DNA of 64,000 nt, from assembly GCA_949287225.1 (NCBI GenBank), contig CASEFP010000110.1:17237-81236 (forward strand), in the 5' to 3' direction. The stretch comes from an uncultured Lentisphaeria bacterium. Lineage in GTDB: Bacteria > Verrucomicrobiota > Lentisphaeria > Victivallales > UBA1829. The notes beneath the pieces are model-generated. The model did not search any database, was not told the origin of the DNA, and saw nothing but the letters and a program-made list of their open reading frames with translations. Below, in pieces: positions 34,555 through 44,019 of the stretch. The position numbers were made by a program, and so were the translations under genes. The stretch's first letter is position 1. Each line of letters opens with the position of its first letter.

Positions 34555-36204
34555 TCAGCCGAGCATCGACGCTGCGTGTTTCTTTGCGATTTCCCCGCCG
34601 CCGAGCATCCGCGCGATCTCGTCGATCCGGGAGGCGGGAGAAAGTTTGCGCACCGAGGTGGTCGTCACATCCGCGACGGACTCCTTGCTCACCATGAAAT
34701 GAACGGCGGCGTTGCAGGCCACCTGCGGAAGATGCGAAATGCAGAGAATCTGCTTGCGTTTCGCCAGCGCCGCAATCTCGCGCCCGACACGGGAGGCGGT
34801 CTCTCCGCCGATGTTCGCGTCGATCTCGTCGAAGATCAGGATCGGGATGGAGTCCGCCTCGGCAAGAACCGTCTTCACCGCGAGCATCACGCGCGAGAGT
34901 TCGCCGCTGCTGGCAACCTCGCGCAGCGGCATCAGCGGCACGCCCGGATTCGCCGTGAAAAGGAATTCCACATGATCCGCGCCGTCCGGCCCGGGTTCCG
35001 CGTCCGTGAAGGCAACGTCGAACGCCGAACGCCTGAAGCCGAGTTTTTTGAGCTCCGAAGCGATCTCCTTTGCAAGGGAGGCGCCCGCTTTTTTCCGCGC
35101 CGCGGAAAGCGCACCGCACGCTTGTTTCAGCGCAAGAAGAAGTTCGTGTTCCTTTTTGTCGAAGTCCGCGCGGATCGCCTCGGAATTGTCGTAGGCTTCG
35201 ATTCTGGAGTGCAGAAAGGCAAGATGGGAAAGCACGTCGTCCAGCGAAGGCCCGTAGCGGCGCTTGAGCGTCTGAAGCACGCGCAGGCGCTCCTCCATCG
35301 CCATGAACTCTCCCTCGTCGATCTCGACATCCGACGCGTGTCCGGCAAGATCGCCGGAAAGTGCCATGATCCGCGCGGAAATCTCCTCCATTTCGGAAAT
35401 GAACTGTTCGGCGTGATCCGGATCGAACTTCTCCAGATCGCCGAGCATCCGCCGGATCTGTCCCGCGCGGTCCGCCAGAGAATCCTCGCATTCCGACAGC
35501 GCGTTCGCACAGGAAAGGGCTGTTTCAATGATGCTTCTGGAGTGTGCGGCGAGCGCGTGTTTCGATTCAAGTTCCGTATCCTCGCCGGAGACGGGCGCGC
35601 CTTTTTCGATCTCGGCGGCGTCCCTGCGGAAGCGCGCGGTCTCCTCCGCGGACGGCATGGATTCGGCAAACGCCTTTTTCTCTCTGCGCAGATCGGAAAG
35701 CTCTTTCCATACCTCGCGCACGCGGGAGAGCGGTGCGTCAAGATCCCCGAAGCGGTCCAGCATTTCCAGCTGGTTGCGGTTTTTCAGAAGCTGATGCGAA
35801 CCGCTCGCGCCGTGAATGTCCACGAGAACCTCGCCGATCCGGTGGAGAATCTGGAGCGTCACCGGCGACTCGTTGACAAAATTCCGGCTGGAAGATGCCG
35901 TGATGACACGCCGCACCAGCAGGTTTCCCGACGGATCCGGTTCGATTTCCGCCTCGGCAAGAATCGCTTCCACACGGGATGCGGAAACGCCGTCAAGGGA
36001 GAATTCGCCGGAGACCTCGCAGCGGTCGGTCCCGATCCGGATCGCCGACTTGTCCGCGCGGCCGCCGAGCAGAAGCCCGACACCGCCCATGATCACCGAT
36101 TTCCCCGCGCCGGTCTCTCCCGTAATCACATTGAATTCCGGGCCGAATTCCAGATCCGCCCTGTCCACCAGGGCAAGGTTTTTCAATCGCATCCATCTGA
36201 GCAT
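34555..36204 (-). CDS. recN: DNA repair protein RecN
   Basis: 549 aa. N-terminal LKNLALVD...ITGETGAGKS Walker A, long coiled-coil middle, C-terminal ASSGELSRVMLA signature and LIFDEIDANIGG Walker B. Confidence 0.93.
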   Translation of the reverse strand: MLRWMRLKNLALVDRADLEFGPEFNVITGETGAGKSVIMGGVGLLLGGRADKSAIRIGTDRCEVSGEFSLDGVSASRVEAILAEAEIEPDPSGNLLVRRVITASSSRNFVNESPVTLQILHRIGEVLVDIHGASGSHQLLKNRNQLEMLDRFGDLDAPLSRVREVWKELSDLRREKKAFAESMPSAEETARFRRDAAEIEKGAPVSGEDTELESKHALAAHSRSIIETALSCANALSECEDSLADRAGQIRRMLGDLEKFDPDHAEQFISEMEEISARIMALSGDLAGHASDVEIDEGEFMAMEERLRVLQTLKRRYGPSLDDVLSHLAFLHSRIEAYDNSEAIRADFDKKEHELLLALKQACGALSAARKKAGASLAKEIASELKKLGFRRSAFDVAFTDAEPGPDGADHVEFLFTANPGVPLMPLREVASSGELSRVMLAVKTVLAEADSIPILIFDEIDANIGGETASRVGREIAALAKRKQILCISHLPQVACNAAVHFMVSKESVADVTTTSVRKLSPASRIDEIARMLGGGEIAKKHAASMLG

Positions 36205-36342
36205 CTGACTGATATCCTCTTTTCCAATGAGAACTGCCGCGGATAATATACTTCATCCCCGGAAAAAGCCAAACCGGAATCTGTTTTTTCGCACATTTCC
36301 CGCGCGGGAAACGGAAAAAAAGGAAAAAACACCGATCCGCCC

Positions 36343-36370
36343 TTGAAAGTGTTTCAAGACGCGTTATACT
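36343..36370 (+). promoter_or_regulatory. sigma70-like promoter heading a ~250-nt leader before the PSD-like gene
   Basis: TTGAAA (36343-36348), 16-nt spacer, TATACT (36365-36370). The next credible start codon is at 36630. Confidence 0.5.
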
Positions 36371-36629
36371 AACTGCGGGGATGAGGAAGCCGCCTGGCTT
36401 CCATTTGCATGGTTTGAAACCGGGGGGATTCAACATGACTGCACACATGCTTTTTTCCGCTTTGCGCCTGTCATGGCGTTCTTCTCTTTTCGCAGACTGC
36501 GCCGGGAGGACCGGAGTGTCTGCGCAAGGAAGGATGATCCGCCTCGCCTGTACCGGATGAAAACGATGCGGAGAGCGCATGCCGCACTTTCCGTTTGCAC
36601 GCAAAACCATAGAACGAGGAGGGGGGAGT

Positions 36630-37901
36630 ATGAACTCGCCAGTCAAACCGAAACATAAAATGTTCGCCGCCGGGAAATGGATGCCGAGGGATCGTGAGAC
36701 CCTGACGCAGTGGCTCCTGAAGATCATGGAAAAAGCGGAAAAGGACACGGGGCCGCTGAAACCCGTTCTGGAGGATTTCAGGAATTTCATTGAAACGGAC
36801 GCGGACGCCTACATGTTCTTTTCGCAGATGTTCTCCGAGGTTCCGGCGGACAAAAAAGAGTCGCCGGTTGGACTGCCGCAGGTGCGCGACTACCAGCACA
36901 TGCTCCGGCTCTTCAACGTCATTCTGACCCATGCGCCCGATTACGCCGAAAACGGACTGGTCGGCTTCCCGTTCAACGCGATTCTGGACTGGTCCATGGC
37001 GACGACCGACGGCTGGGCCGCCTTCATCGACCGGAAGGTCAACGTCCACATCAAGGCGATTCTTGATGAATGGGGGACCTTCCTCCGCTCGCCGGACAGC
37101 GCCTGCGTGCTCAATGACGATCCGCGCCACGGCTGGTTCGGCGAGGACGCGAAAAAAGCGATGCCCGGATTCGCCGACGAGTTTGTCTGCGATCCGTCCA
37201 AACCGCATTACGGATTCAAGTCCTGGGACGATTTCTTCATCCGTGAATTCCGCGAAGGCGTCCGTCCGGTTGCCGAACCTGACAACGACGCCGTGATCGC
37301 GAACGCGTGCGAATCGGCTCCCTTCGCCATCGCGCACAACGTCAAGCTGCTGGATCAGTTCTGGATCAAGGCGCAGCCGTATGCGCTGCGCTTCATGCTC
37401 AACAACGATCCGCTGGCGGAGCGTTTCGTCGGAGGGACCGTCTATCAGGCGTTCCTGAGCGCATTCAGCTACCACAGATGGCACTCTCCCGTCTCCGGGC
37501 GCGTCGTAAAGACCGCCCTCATTCCCGGCACCTACTACTCCGAGGCGCGCAGCGCGGGATTCGATCCCTCCGCGCCGAACGATTCGCAGGGGTATCTCGC
37601 CGAGATCGCGACCCGCGCGGTCATCTATATCGAAGCGGACAATCCAGACATCGGACTGATGTGCTTCATCGCCATCGGCATGGCGGAAGTTTCCACCTGC
37701 GAGATTTCCGTCTATCCGGGCCAGCATATCGGAAAAGGACAGGAAACCGGCATGTTCCACTTCGGCGGATCAACCTACTGCCTGATCTTCGGACCGCATG
37801 TCAATCTGGAATTCGACCTCCACGGACAGGAGCCCGGGCTCGAAAGCTCGAACATCAACATCAACGCCCGTCTCGCCACGGCTGGGCCGCGCCTGAAGTA
37901 A
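36630..37901 (+). CDS. phosphatidylserine decarboxylase-family (pyruvoyl-dependent) protein with long N-terminal extension
   Basis: Start at ATG 36630 (RBS GAGGAGGGGGGAG). C-terminal self-cleavage-type motif GQETGMFHFGGSTYCLIF (G-S-T). The large N-terminal domain resembles the long PSD/PsiD-like decarboxylases. Substrate unknown. Confidence 0.78.
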   Translation: MNSPVKPKHKMFAAGKWMPRDRETLTQWLLKIMEKAEKDTGPLKPVLEDFRNFIETDADAYMFFSQMFSEVPADKKESPVGLPQVRDYQHMLRLFNVILTHAPDYAENGLVGFPFNAILDWSMATTDGWAAFIDRKVNVHIKAILDEWGTFLRSPDSACVLNDDPRHGWFGEDAKKAMPGFADEFVCDPSKPHYGFKSWDDFFIREFREGVRPVAEPDNDAVIANACESAPFAIAHNVKLLDQFWIKAQPYALRFMLNNDPLAERFVGGTVYQAFLSAFSYHRWHSPVSGRVVKTALIPGTYYSEARSAGFDPSAPNDSQGYLAEIATRAVIYIEADNPDIGLMCFIAIGMAEVSTCEISVYPGQHIGKGQETGMFHFGGSTYCLIFGPHVNLEFDLHGQEPGLESSNININARLATAGPRLK

Positions 37902-37924
37902 ACATTCCGGGAATGTTCTCCGGA

Positions 37925-39385
37925 TCAGCGCGTCACACGGTCGAGGCGCTGATAAACTCCGATCCAGACCGGGGCGGCGGCAGTGAAGGAAAAGCGGCGC
38001 ATCGCGCGTTCCAGATCCGCCTCCCCGGACGTCACCAGATAGACACTCCCCGTGTGGAAATCCAGATTCGCGACCGGCGGCTTGTTCGGCAGATCCGTAA
38101 GAAACGTGTTCTCCGGCAGGTCCGTGCAGGAGCCGGGAAACAGGATGGACGGATAATCCGCGTCGAACGTGACGAACACCAGCGGATGCTCGCCGTCCGC
38201 GGCCTTCTCCTGAACCAGCGAAACGATCTTCTGCGGATCAAATCCGTTCCTCGCGTAATACGGAAGCGTCAGATCGTCGTGCCGTCCGCTCCCGAAGAGA
38301 AAATCGCTCACGCCGCCTCCCGCATTCGCCAGAAAGGCCGTGCAGAGGAGCTGCAGCACAAGAGGCAGCGCCCGCAGCACCCGGTTCCGTTCGACAGCAT
38401 GCGCCTTCAGATACGCGGAGAGCAGATAGCCGACCAGAAGAAGCCAGATCGGAAACAGCGGAAAAAAAACGCGCGGAAAAGCAGGCGCGCGGAAGACGAA
38501 AAACGCGGGAAGCGGAAGGAGGAACAGGAGAAGACCCGCAGCGCATGAAAGACGCAGGCGCGGAATGCGTTTCCACAGAAGAAAAGCGCCCGCTAGACAG
38601 AAGGGCAGAAGCCCCGCGAGCACCAGCGCGAAGGAGAGATAAAGATTTTTCATCGCGCTTTCCGCGGAGAACCATCCCTCTCCCAGGCGCATGCATTGGA
38701 AAAATTTCTCATGGATGGGTGCGTAAAAGAGAATCAGCGCCGCGAAGGGGGAGGCAAGGAAAAAGAGAATCGAACCATACCGTCTGCGCCGCAGCAGCGC
38801 GGGCGCGTAAAAGAGCGCCGCACCGGTGAGCGCGGCCAGATTGCTCGGCGTGGTCCCGACGGAAAGGAGGCAAACGAGGAAAAAGAAGATATATGTCCAG
38901 GCGGCCGGACGTTTCAGAAGTTTTTCCCCGAGCATCAGAAGCAGGACCGTGAACAGAAATCCGAGCATATATCCCCGGATTCCGGTCATGAAAACGCCGC
39001 ACGCGGAACTCGCCGCAAAAGCGAGCGCCGTGATTCCGCCCGCATAAAGTCCGCAGGAGCGCACCATGCGTCCTGCGAGAATCCATACGGCGGACGCGCC
39101 CGCGAGAACGGAGAGGCCCCGGAACAGGAAGAACGGCGTGTTGTCCGAGAAAAGCGCGAGAAAACCGATCCAGATCTTTTCCAGCATCGAAAAGACGATG
39201 TGGTTGTTCGGAATCTCGTAGAGAAAATAGATGCGTGACAGCTTCGGATACAGGACAAAATTGTCCAGCGTGAGCACCTCGTCGAACCAGAATGCGCGGA
39301 AAAGATGCGCGAAGGCGGAAATCAGGCAGAGCAGCAGCGCGAAATATGCAATGCGCTTTCTCCAGACTCTCTGACTGCCGTTCAT
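37925..39385 (-). CDS. polytopic membrane protein, GT-C-like (ArnT/PMT_2-like glycosyltransferase candidate) with soluble C-terminal domain
   Basis: 486 aa. About 10 or more hydrophobic segments over the first ~370 aa, with an early loop FDEVLTLDN (Asp-containing, as in the first periplasmic loop of GT-C enzymes). Function inferred only from topology and general resemblance. Confidence 0.6.
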   Translation of the reverse strand: MNGSQRVWRKRIAYFALLLCLISAFAHLFRAFWFDEVLTLDNFVLYPKLSRIYFLYEIPNNHIVFSMLEKIWIGFLALFSDNTPFFLFRGLSVLAGASAVWILAGRMVRSCGLYAGGITALAFAASSACGVFMTGIRGYMLGFLFTVLLLMLGEKLLKRPAAWTYIFFFLVCLLSVGTTPSNLAALTGAALFYAPALLRRRRYGSILFFLASPFAALILFYAPIHEKFFQCMRLGEGWFSAESAMKNLYLSFALVLAGLLPFCLAGAFLLWKRIPRLRLSCAAGLLLFLLPLPAFFVFRAPAFPRVFFPLFPIWLLLVGYLLSAYLKAHAVERNRVLRALPLVLQLLCTAFLANAGGGVSDFLFGSGRHDDLTLPYYARNGFDPQKIVSLVQEKAADGEHPLVFVTFDADYPSILFPGSCTDLPENTFLTDLPNKPPVANLDFHTGSVYLVTSGEADLERAMRRFSFTAAAPVWIGVYQRLDRVTR

Positions 39386-39387
39386 GC

Positions 39388-41247
39388 TCAGTACCCCGGA
39401 ACGCGCATCTGCTGATCGCGTTTCACCCAGAGGATATTGGTCTTGAGCCCGTCATGAAACACTCTGCGGTTGTTGTAGCGTTTGTTGACCGCGACCAGGC
39501 TGTGCGGCGCAAAGAGAAAGAGATAAGGCTCCTCCTCGTGAATCAGGCGATGGAACTCGTGATACAGCTTGTTGCGCTCGGCGCTGTCGAAGGAGACGCG
39601 GATCTTTTCGATCAGCTCGTCCGCCTTCGGATCGGCAAAGGCGATATGGTTGCTTGACGCATTCACCTTTGCAAGCGAGGAGTGCCACAGCTGGTAGGGA
39701 TCGGGTTTCAGTGTGCCGGTCCAAGCCAGGGAGCAGGCGTCGAACTGCTTCTTTTCCAGGCGCTGGACCAGAACGGACCATTCGATTCCCAGCAGCTCCA
39801 TCTGGACGCCCGCCTTCGCCATGTCCTCCTTGATGATCGGGAGCATCTTCTGATAGGTCACGGAGACGTTCGGATAGATCAGCGTGAAGCGGAAGGGTTT
39901 GCCGTCCCTGTCCAGAATGCCGTCGCCATCGCTGTCTTTCCATCCCGCTTCGGCAAGAAGTTTTTTCGCTTCTTCGATGTCAAAGGGATACGGCCTGATG
40001 CTCTGATCGTAGGCCGCGCTGGTCTTCGGGAAGGGCCCGGAGACCATTTCGGCAAGATTGAAAAACACATCCTTTAAGATCTTCTCCCGGTTGACCAGAT
40101 GGCTCAGCGCCTGACGCACCTTCTTATCGCGGAAAACCGGGTTGTTCTGATTGAGCCCGATGTAGGAATACATGCCGGTCGGATACTCGATTTTTTCCAG
40201 AAAGCCGTCCGGCCGGAACGCGGCGAAACCGGTGCGGTTGATCCACTGGTCGGGAGAGAGCGCGTCCAGATCAAGCTCTTTGGAAAGCAGCGCCTGAAGC
40301 CGGGTGTTCGGATGCTGGATGATGTCGAACGAGATTGTTTCGATCGGCGGCTGAATGCCGAGAAGCGCGCCGTAATAGTTGTCGAAGCGGCGGAGGACGA
40401 TTCTGCGGCCTTTCTCCCACTTGTCGAAGCGGTAGGGGCCGCAGCCGACGATCATGCGGTTGCGTTCGTGGTCGTCGTTGAAGCGTCTGCCGTCGAACGG
40501 GCCGTCGTAGGCGTGGTAGAGGTGGCGCGGAAGCGGGATCAGCCCCAGCGAGATGTCCTCGGCAAGAAAGTAGGGTTTGCTCCAGATCACCTCAAACTCA
40601 TGATCGGTGATGACATCGATCTTCTCAATGTCCTTGAGGTAGCCGCGGAGCGGCGCGCAGTCGACCGTTTCATCCTTGACGACGTCCAGATAGAATTTGA
40701 AATCGTGCGCCGTGACCTCGCGGTTTTTCCACTCCTTCCCCGTGACCGGATCGGTGAAATCGTGCCAGAGAACGCCATTGCGCAGTTTGATGCGGTATTT
40801 CCGTTTGTCCGGAGAGATCGTCCAGGATTCCGCCAGCATCGGCTTGAGTTCGCCGGAACCGTCGTCGGCATAGTCGCGCTCCGCGAGGGAGTCCATGGTC
40901 TTCGCCCAGATTTCCGAAACGTAAGCATCATTGGTGATGAGCATGTTCATATTGCCGACGTCCGCGCCGAACGCGGTGACGAGACGCCCGCCGCTCTCGG
41001 CATTCGTGTCGTAATAACGGCGATTCGCAGCTTCCGCGGCGGAAGTGCCGATTGTCACAGCCGCAGCTGTCTGAGCGGGCAAAGCCCGCAGGCTGGCGAT
41101 GCGCGATTCCAGATTTTTCACGGTCCGGTTCATCTCCTCCATTGAGAAACGCAGCTGGTCGAGCGCCTTGACAAAGACAAAGCTCATCAGCAGCATCACA
41201 AGGAAAATCCCCGTTGCAAGCACATTGAGATAGGTATTTTTGTTCAT
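39388..41247 (-). CDS. ABC transporter substrate-binding protein, family 5 (peptide/nickel/oligosaccharide type)
   Basis: Start at the internal ATG 41247 (RBS AAGGA). N-terminal membrane anchor NVLATGIFLVMLLMSF. Length and strings (WHDFTDPVTG..., GPYRFDKWEKG, RQALSHLVNRE) are typical of SBP_bac_5. No permease or ATPase genes are adjacent. Confidence 0.8.
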   Translation of the reverse strand: MNKNTYLNVLATGIFLVMLLMSFVFVKALDQLRFSMEEMNRTVKNLESRIASLRALPAQTAAAVTIGTSAAEAANRRYYDTNAESGGRLVTAFGADVGNMNMLITNDAYVSEIWAKTMDSLAERDYADDGSGELKPMLAESWTISPDKRKYRIKLRNGVLWHDFTDPVTGKEWKNREVTAHDFKFYLDVVKDETVDCAPLRGYLKDIEKIDVITDHEFEVIWSKPYFLAEDISLGLIPLPRHLYHAYDGPFDGRRFNDDHERNRMIVGCGPYRFDKWEKGRRIVLRRFDNYYGALLGIQPPIETISFDIIQHPNTRLQALLSKELDLDALSPDQWINRTGFAAFRPDGFLEKIEYPTGMYSYIGLNQNNPVFRDKKVRQALSHLVNREKILKDVFFNLAEMVSGPFPKTSAAYDQSIRPYPFDIEEAKKLLAEAGWKDSDGDGILDRDGKPFRFTLIYPNVSVTYQKMLPIIKEDMAKAGVQMELLGIEWSVLVQRLEKKQFDACSLAWTGTLKPDPYQLWHSSLAKVNASSNHIAFADPKADELIEKIRVSFDSAERNKLYHEFHRLIHEEEPYLFLFAPHSLVAVNKRYNNRRVFHDGLKTNILWVKRDQQMRVPGY

Positions 41248-41380
41248 CGTTTTTCCTTCATCCTGTTCCGTTTCCCGCCGCACCGCGGCGCAATTTTGCG
41301 CAATTCCCTTACATTATTACTTGAAAAACAACTTTTCCAGTCGTAAAGTTCCCTTTGTTCAATGAAAAATGGTGAGAAAC

Positions 41381-42085
41381 ATGAAACTTTCTATTGTGAT
41401 TCCGGTTTACAACGAGGAAAAATTCATCGACGCGGTTCTGGAACGCGTGAAGAGCGTCCGTTTCCAGGACGGAGTCGAAGTGGAACTTGTCGCCGTGGAC
41501 GACTGCTCGAAGGACGGCACGTTTGAAAAGCTCAAGGCGTGGGAGGCGCGCGGGGTCAAGGTCTGCCGCCATGAGAAGAACGGCGGGAAGGGCGCGGCGC
41601 TCCACACCGGGTTCCGGCTCGCCACGGGCGACGTGATCACAGTGCAGGACTCCGATTTTGAATACAATCCACACGAACTGCCGCGCCTGCTTGCCCCGAT
41701 TCTGGAAGACAGGGCCGATTTTGTCTTCGGCGCGCGCGAGGCGTTCGTGAAAGGGCTTCCGCACCGGGTCATGTATTTCTGGCACCTGAAAATCAATGCG
41801 TTTCTGACAACGTTCTGCAACATGTTCTCGAATCTCGCGCTCAGCGACATGGAGTGCTGTTACAAGATGTTCCGGCGCTCGGTGCTGGAGAAGATCGAAC
41901 TGCGCGAGCGCCGCTTCGGTTTCGAGCCGGAAATCACGCTCAAGGCGTCGCGGCAGGACATTCTCTTCTACGAGGTGCCGGTCTCCTACTCCTGCCGGAC
42001 CTACGCCGAAGGCAAGAAGATCTCCTGGAAGGACGGCGTCTCCGCCCTCCGCTGCATTCTCAAATACGGCCTTTTCCGGATGTGA
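41381..42085 (+). CDS. family-2 glycosyltransferase (polyprenyl-phosphate sugar synthase-like: DPM1/ArnC/GtrB type)
   Basis: Start at ATG 41381. MKLSIVIPVYNEEKFI, VDDCSKDGT, VQDSDFEY (DxD region). No C-terminal TM segments seen. Confidence 0.82.
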   Translation: MKLSIVIPVYNEEKFIDAVLERVKSVRFQDGVEVELVAVDDCSKDGTFEKLKAWEARGVKVCRHEKNGGKGAALHTGFRLATGDVITVQDSDFEYNPHELPRLLAPILEDRADFVFGAREAFVKGLPHRVMYFWHLKINAFLTTFCNMFSNLALSDMECCYKMFRRSVLEKIELRERRFGFEPEITLKASRQDILFYEVPVSYSCRTYAEGKKISWKDGVSALRCILKYGLFRM

Positions 42086-42106
42086 CGAACCCTTTTCCCG
42101 CTGTGC

Positions 42107-43261
42107 TTACGGAACTTCAAGATCCTTTTCCATCGTGTTGAAGTTCCGGCACCCCGTTCCGGTAACAGCAACCAGATCCTCCAGGCGGATTCCGCCCCAG
42201 TCCGGATCGTAAAGCCCGGGTTCGACGCTGACGACATTTCCTCTGCGGAGGGGACGCCGGTTGAGCGGTGAAACGCGCGGCCCTTCGTGAATTTCCAGCC
42301 CGACGCCGTGCCCGAGACCGTGAATGAAGCCGCAGGGCATTCCGCCGCGCTTCCGCCCGGTCCGGAATCCGAGCTCCTCCATCGTCTTCGCCGCCGCGAT
42401 ATGAACTTCGGAGGCGATGACGCCCGCACGGATCATGCCGAGCGCGACTTCGGAAGCCTTCCGCACCGCGCGATAGGCGCGCAGGATGTGTTTGGGCGCA
42501 CGCCCCTTGAGGAACGTGCGGGTCATGTCGCCCCAGTAGCCGGTTGCATCGCTGCGCGGGAAGATGTCGGCAACCAGCACTTCCCCGACGCGGACGGGTC
42601 CGCTTCCGATGTTGTGCGGCGCGGCGCTCTGCACGCCGCAGGCGATGATCGTCCGTGAGGCCGTGTATCCCATCCGCTTGAAATTTCCCTCGATTTCCGC
42701 GCGCAGCCCTTCGCAGGTCAGGACTTTCCCGGCAAGTTCGAGACACCCCTGCGCATTGACCTTCGACTCGGCAAGCATCGCATGGAGGAGTTTCATCATC
42801 TCCTCGGTCGCCCGGACGGACTTTGCGATTGCGGCGATCTCCACTCTCGTCTTGCACTCCCGCGCGGGGAAGAAGGGGGCTTTCGCGCAGATGACTTCGA
42901 TTCCGGCCTCGGAAAGTTCGATCGCCGTCTTCAGCGGGAAGCGTTCGGGCACACACCAGCGGGAAACGCCCAGATGTCTGCTGAAAAAGGGGAGAAAGGG
43001 CTTGTCCGGTCCGCATTCACGCATCAGCGCGGAACGGTCGATCACTTCGACGCCCTGTTTCGCCTCGGCGCAGGCGCGGGAGTATTCCAGCGGCGAAACG
43101 ACGATTCCCCTGCGCTCCGCCGTTTCAAAATAGAGGAACTCGTCCGGCGCATGAAATCCGCTCGCGTACAGGATGTCCGCCGACTCGTCGGACGAGGCGC
43201 AGATCAGTTTCGGTAAAAAAGTTTCTTTCTTTTCACTTGAAAAATTGCCGTTTTGACGCAT
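42107..43261 (-). CDS. M24-family Xaa-Pro aminopeptidase/dipeptidase
   Basis: Start at the internal ATG 43261 (RBS GGAG). Pita-bread metal ligands in context: DIFPR...GYWGDMTRT, HGLGHGVGLEIHE, SVEPGLY, IRLED. Confidence 0.85.
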   Translation of the reverse strand: MRQNGNFSSEKKETFLPKLICASSDESADILYASGFHAPDEFLYFETAERRGIVVSPLEYSRACAEAKQGVEVIDRSALMRECGPDKPFLPFFSRHLGVSRWCVPERFPLKTAIELSEAGIEVICAKAPFFPARECKTRVEIAAIAKSVRATEEMMKLLHAMLAESKVNAQGCLELAGKVLTCEGLRAEIEGNFKRMGYTASRTIIACGVQSAAPHNIGSGPVRVGEVLVADIFPRSDATGYWGDMTRTFLKGRAPKHILRAYRAVRKASEVALGMIRAGVIASEVHIAAAKTMEELGFRTGRKRGGMPCGFIHGLGHGVGLEIHEGPRVSPLNRRPLRRGNVVSVEPGLYDPDWGGIRLEDLVAVTGTGCRNFNTMEKDLEVP

Positions 43262-43341
43262 AATAATACTCCAGTCGTTTTTTGCCGCCGGAGAGAAATA
43301 TAAATCCGGAAGGGCATGGACGCAAATCAAATGGAGAAAAA

Positions 43342-44019
43342 ATGGCAACACCTCTGGAAATGACGCTCTGCTATGGTTCGGCGGTCGTGATTCCGTATCT
43401 GATCGGCGCAGTCCCGTTCGGATTTTTGATCGGGAAGATGAAGGGGCTGGACATCCGGACGCAGGGCAGCGGAAACATCGGCGCGACGAACGTCACGCGC
43501 GTAATCGGGAAGAACTGGGGAAGGCTCTGTTTCGCGCTGGATCTGATGAAGGGCATTCTGCCGGTTCTGCTGGCCGCGCTTCTGGTGCGGCACGGATTCC
43601 GGGAGGATCCATACGGGATTCTGCCGTCGCTGGCCGCGCTAAGTGCCGTCTGCGGGCACATCTATCCCGTCTATCTGCGCTTTCACGGCGGGAAGGGGAT
43701 CTCCACCGCGGCGGGCGCGATTCTTGCGCTGAATCCGCCGGCGCTTCTGTCCGCCGGCGTGGTATGGGCGGCGGTCTTTCTTCTTTCACGCTATGTTTCG
43801 CTGGCAAGCATTCTGGGCGCCGTCTCTCTTCCCGTGTTTGCGTGGATCATGAAACTTGCCGGCGTCTGGAACAGCTCCGCAACGGAGATGGTTCTCTTCT
43901 GCGCGCTTGCCGTGCTTGCCGTATTGCGGCACACATCCAACATCAAACGGCTGCTCAGCGGCACGGAAAGCAGGTTTGTCAAAAAGGAAAAATCCCCGGA
44001 AAACAAGGAGGTACAATGA
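43342..44019 (+). CDS. plsY: glycerol-3-phosphate acyltransferase PlsY
   Basis: Start at ATG 43342 (RBS GGAG). IPFGFLIGK, GSGNIGATNV, KG..P, HIYPVYLRFHGGKG. The stop overlaps the gpsA ATG (ATGA). Confidence 0.92.
   Translation: MATPLEMTLCYGSAVVIPYLIGAVPFGFLIGKMKGLDIRTQGSGNIGATNVTRVIGKNWGRLCFALDLMKGILPVLLAALLVRHGFREDPYGILPSLAALSAVCGHIYPVYLRFHGGKGISTAAGAILALNPPALLSAGVVWAAVFLLSRYVSLASILGAVSLPVFAWIMKLAGVWNSSATEMVLFCALAVLAVLRHTSNIKRLLSGTESRFVKKEKSPENKEVQ

Noticed and set aside
34487-35491. Same-strand alternative-frame ORFs inside real genes (for example the 334-aa ORF within recN and the 299-aa ORF at 42117..43016 within the M24 peptidase gene)
   Set aside because: Their translations are Arg/Gly/Pro-rich with no motifs. 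The overlapping frame encodes a complete, motif-bearing protein.
36480-36570. SRP (4.5S) RNA-like string GGACCGGAG...GCAAGGAAGGATGATCC
   Set aside because: It only superficially resembles the GGUCCGGAAGGAAGCAGCC helix-8 motif. The conserved GNAR tetraloop/AGCA arrangement and a closing helix could not be found by eye.
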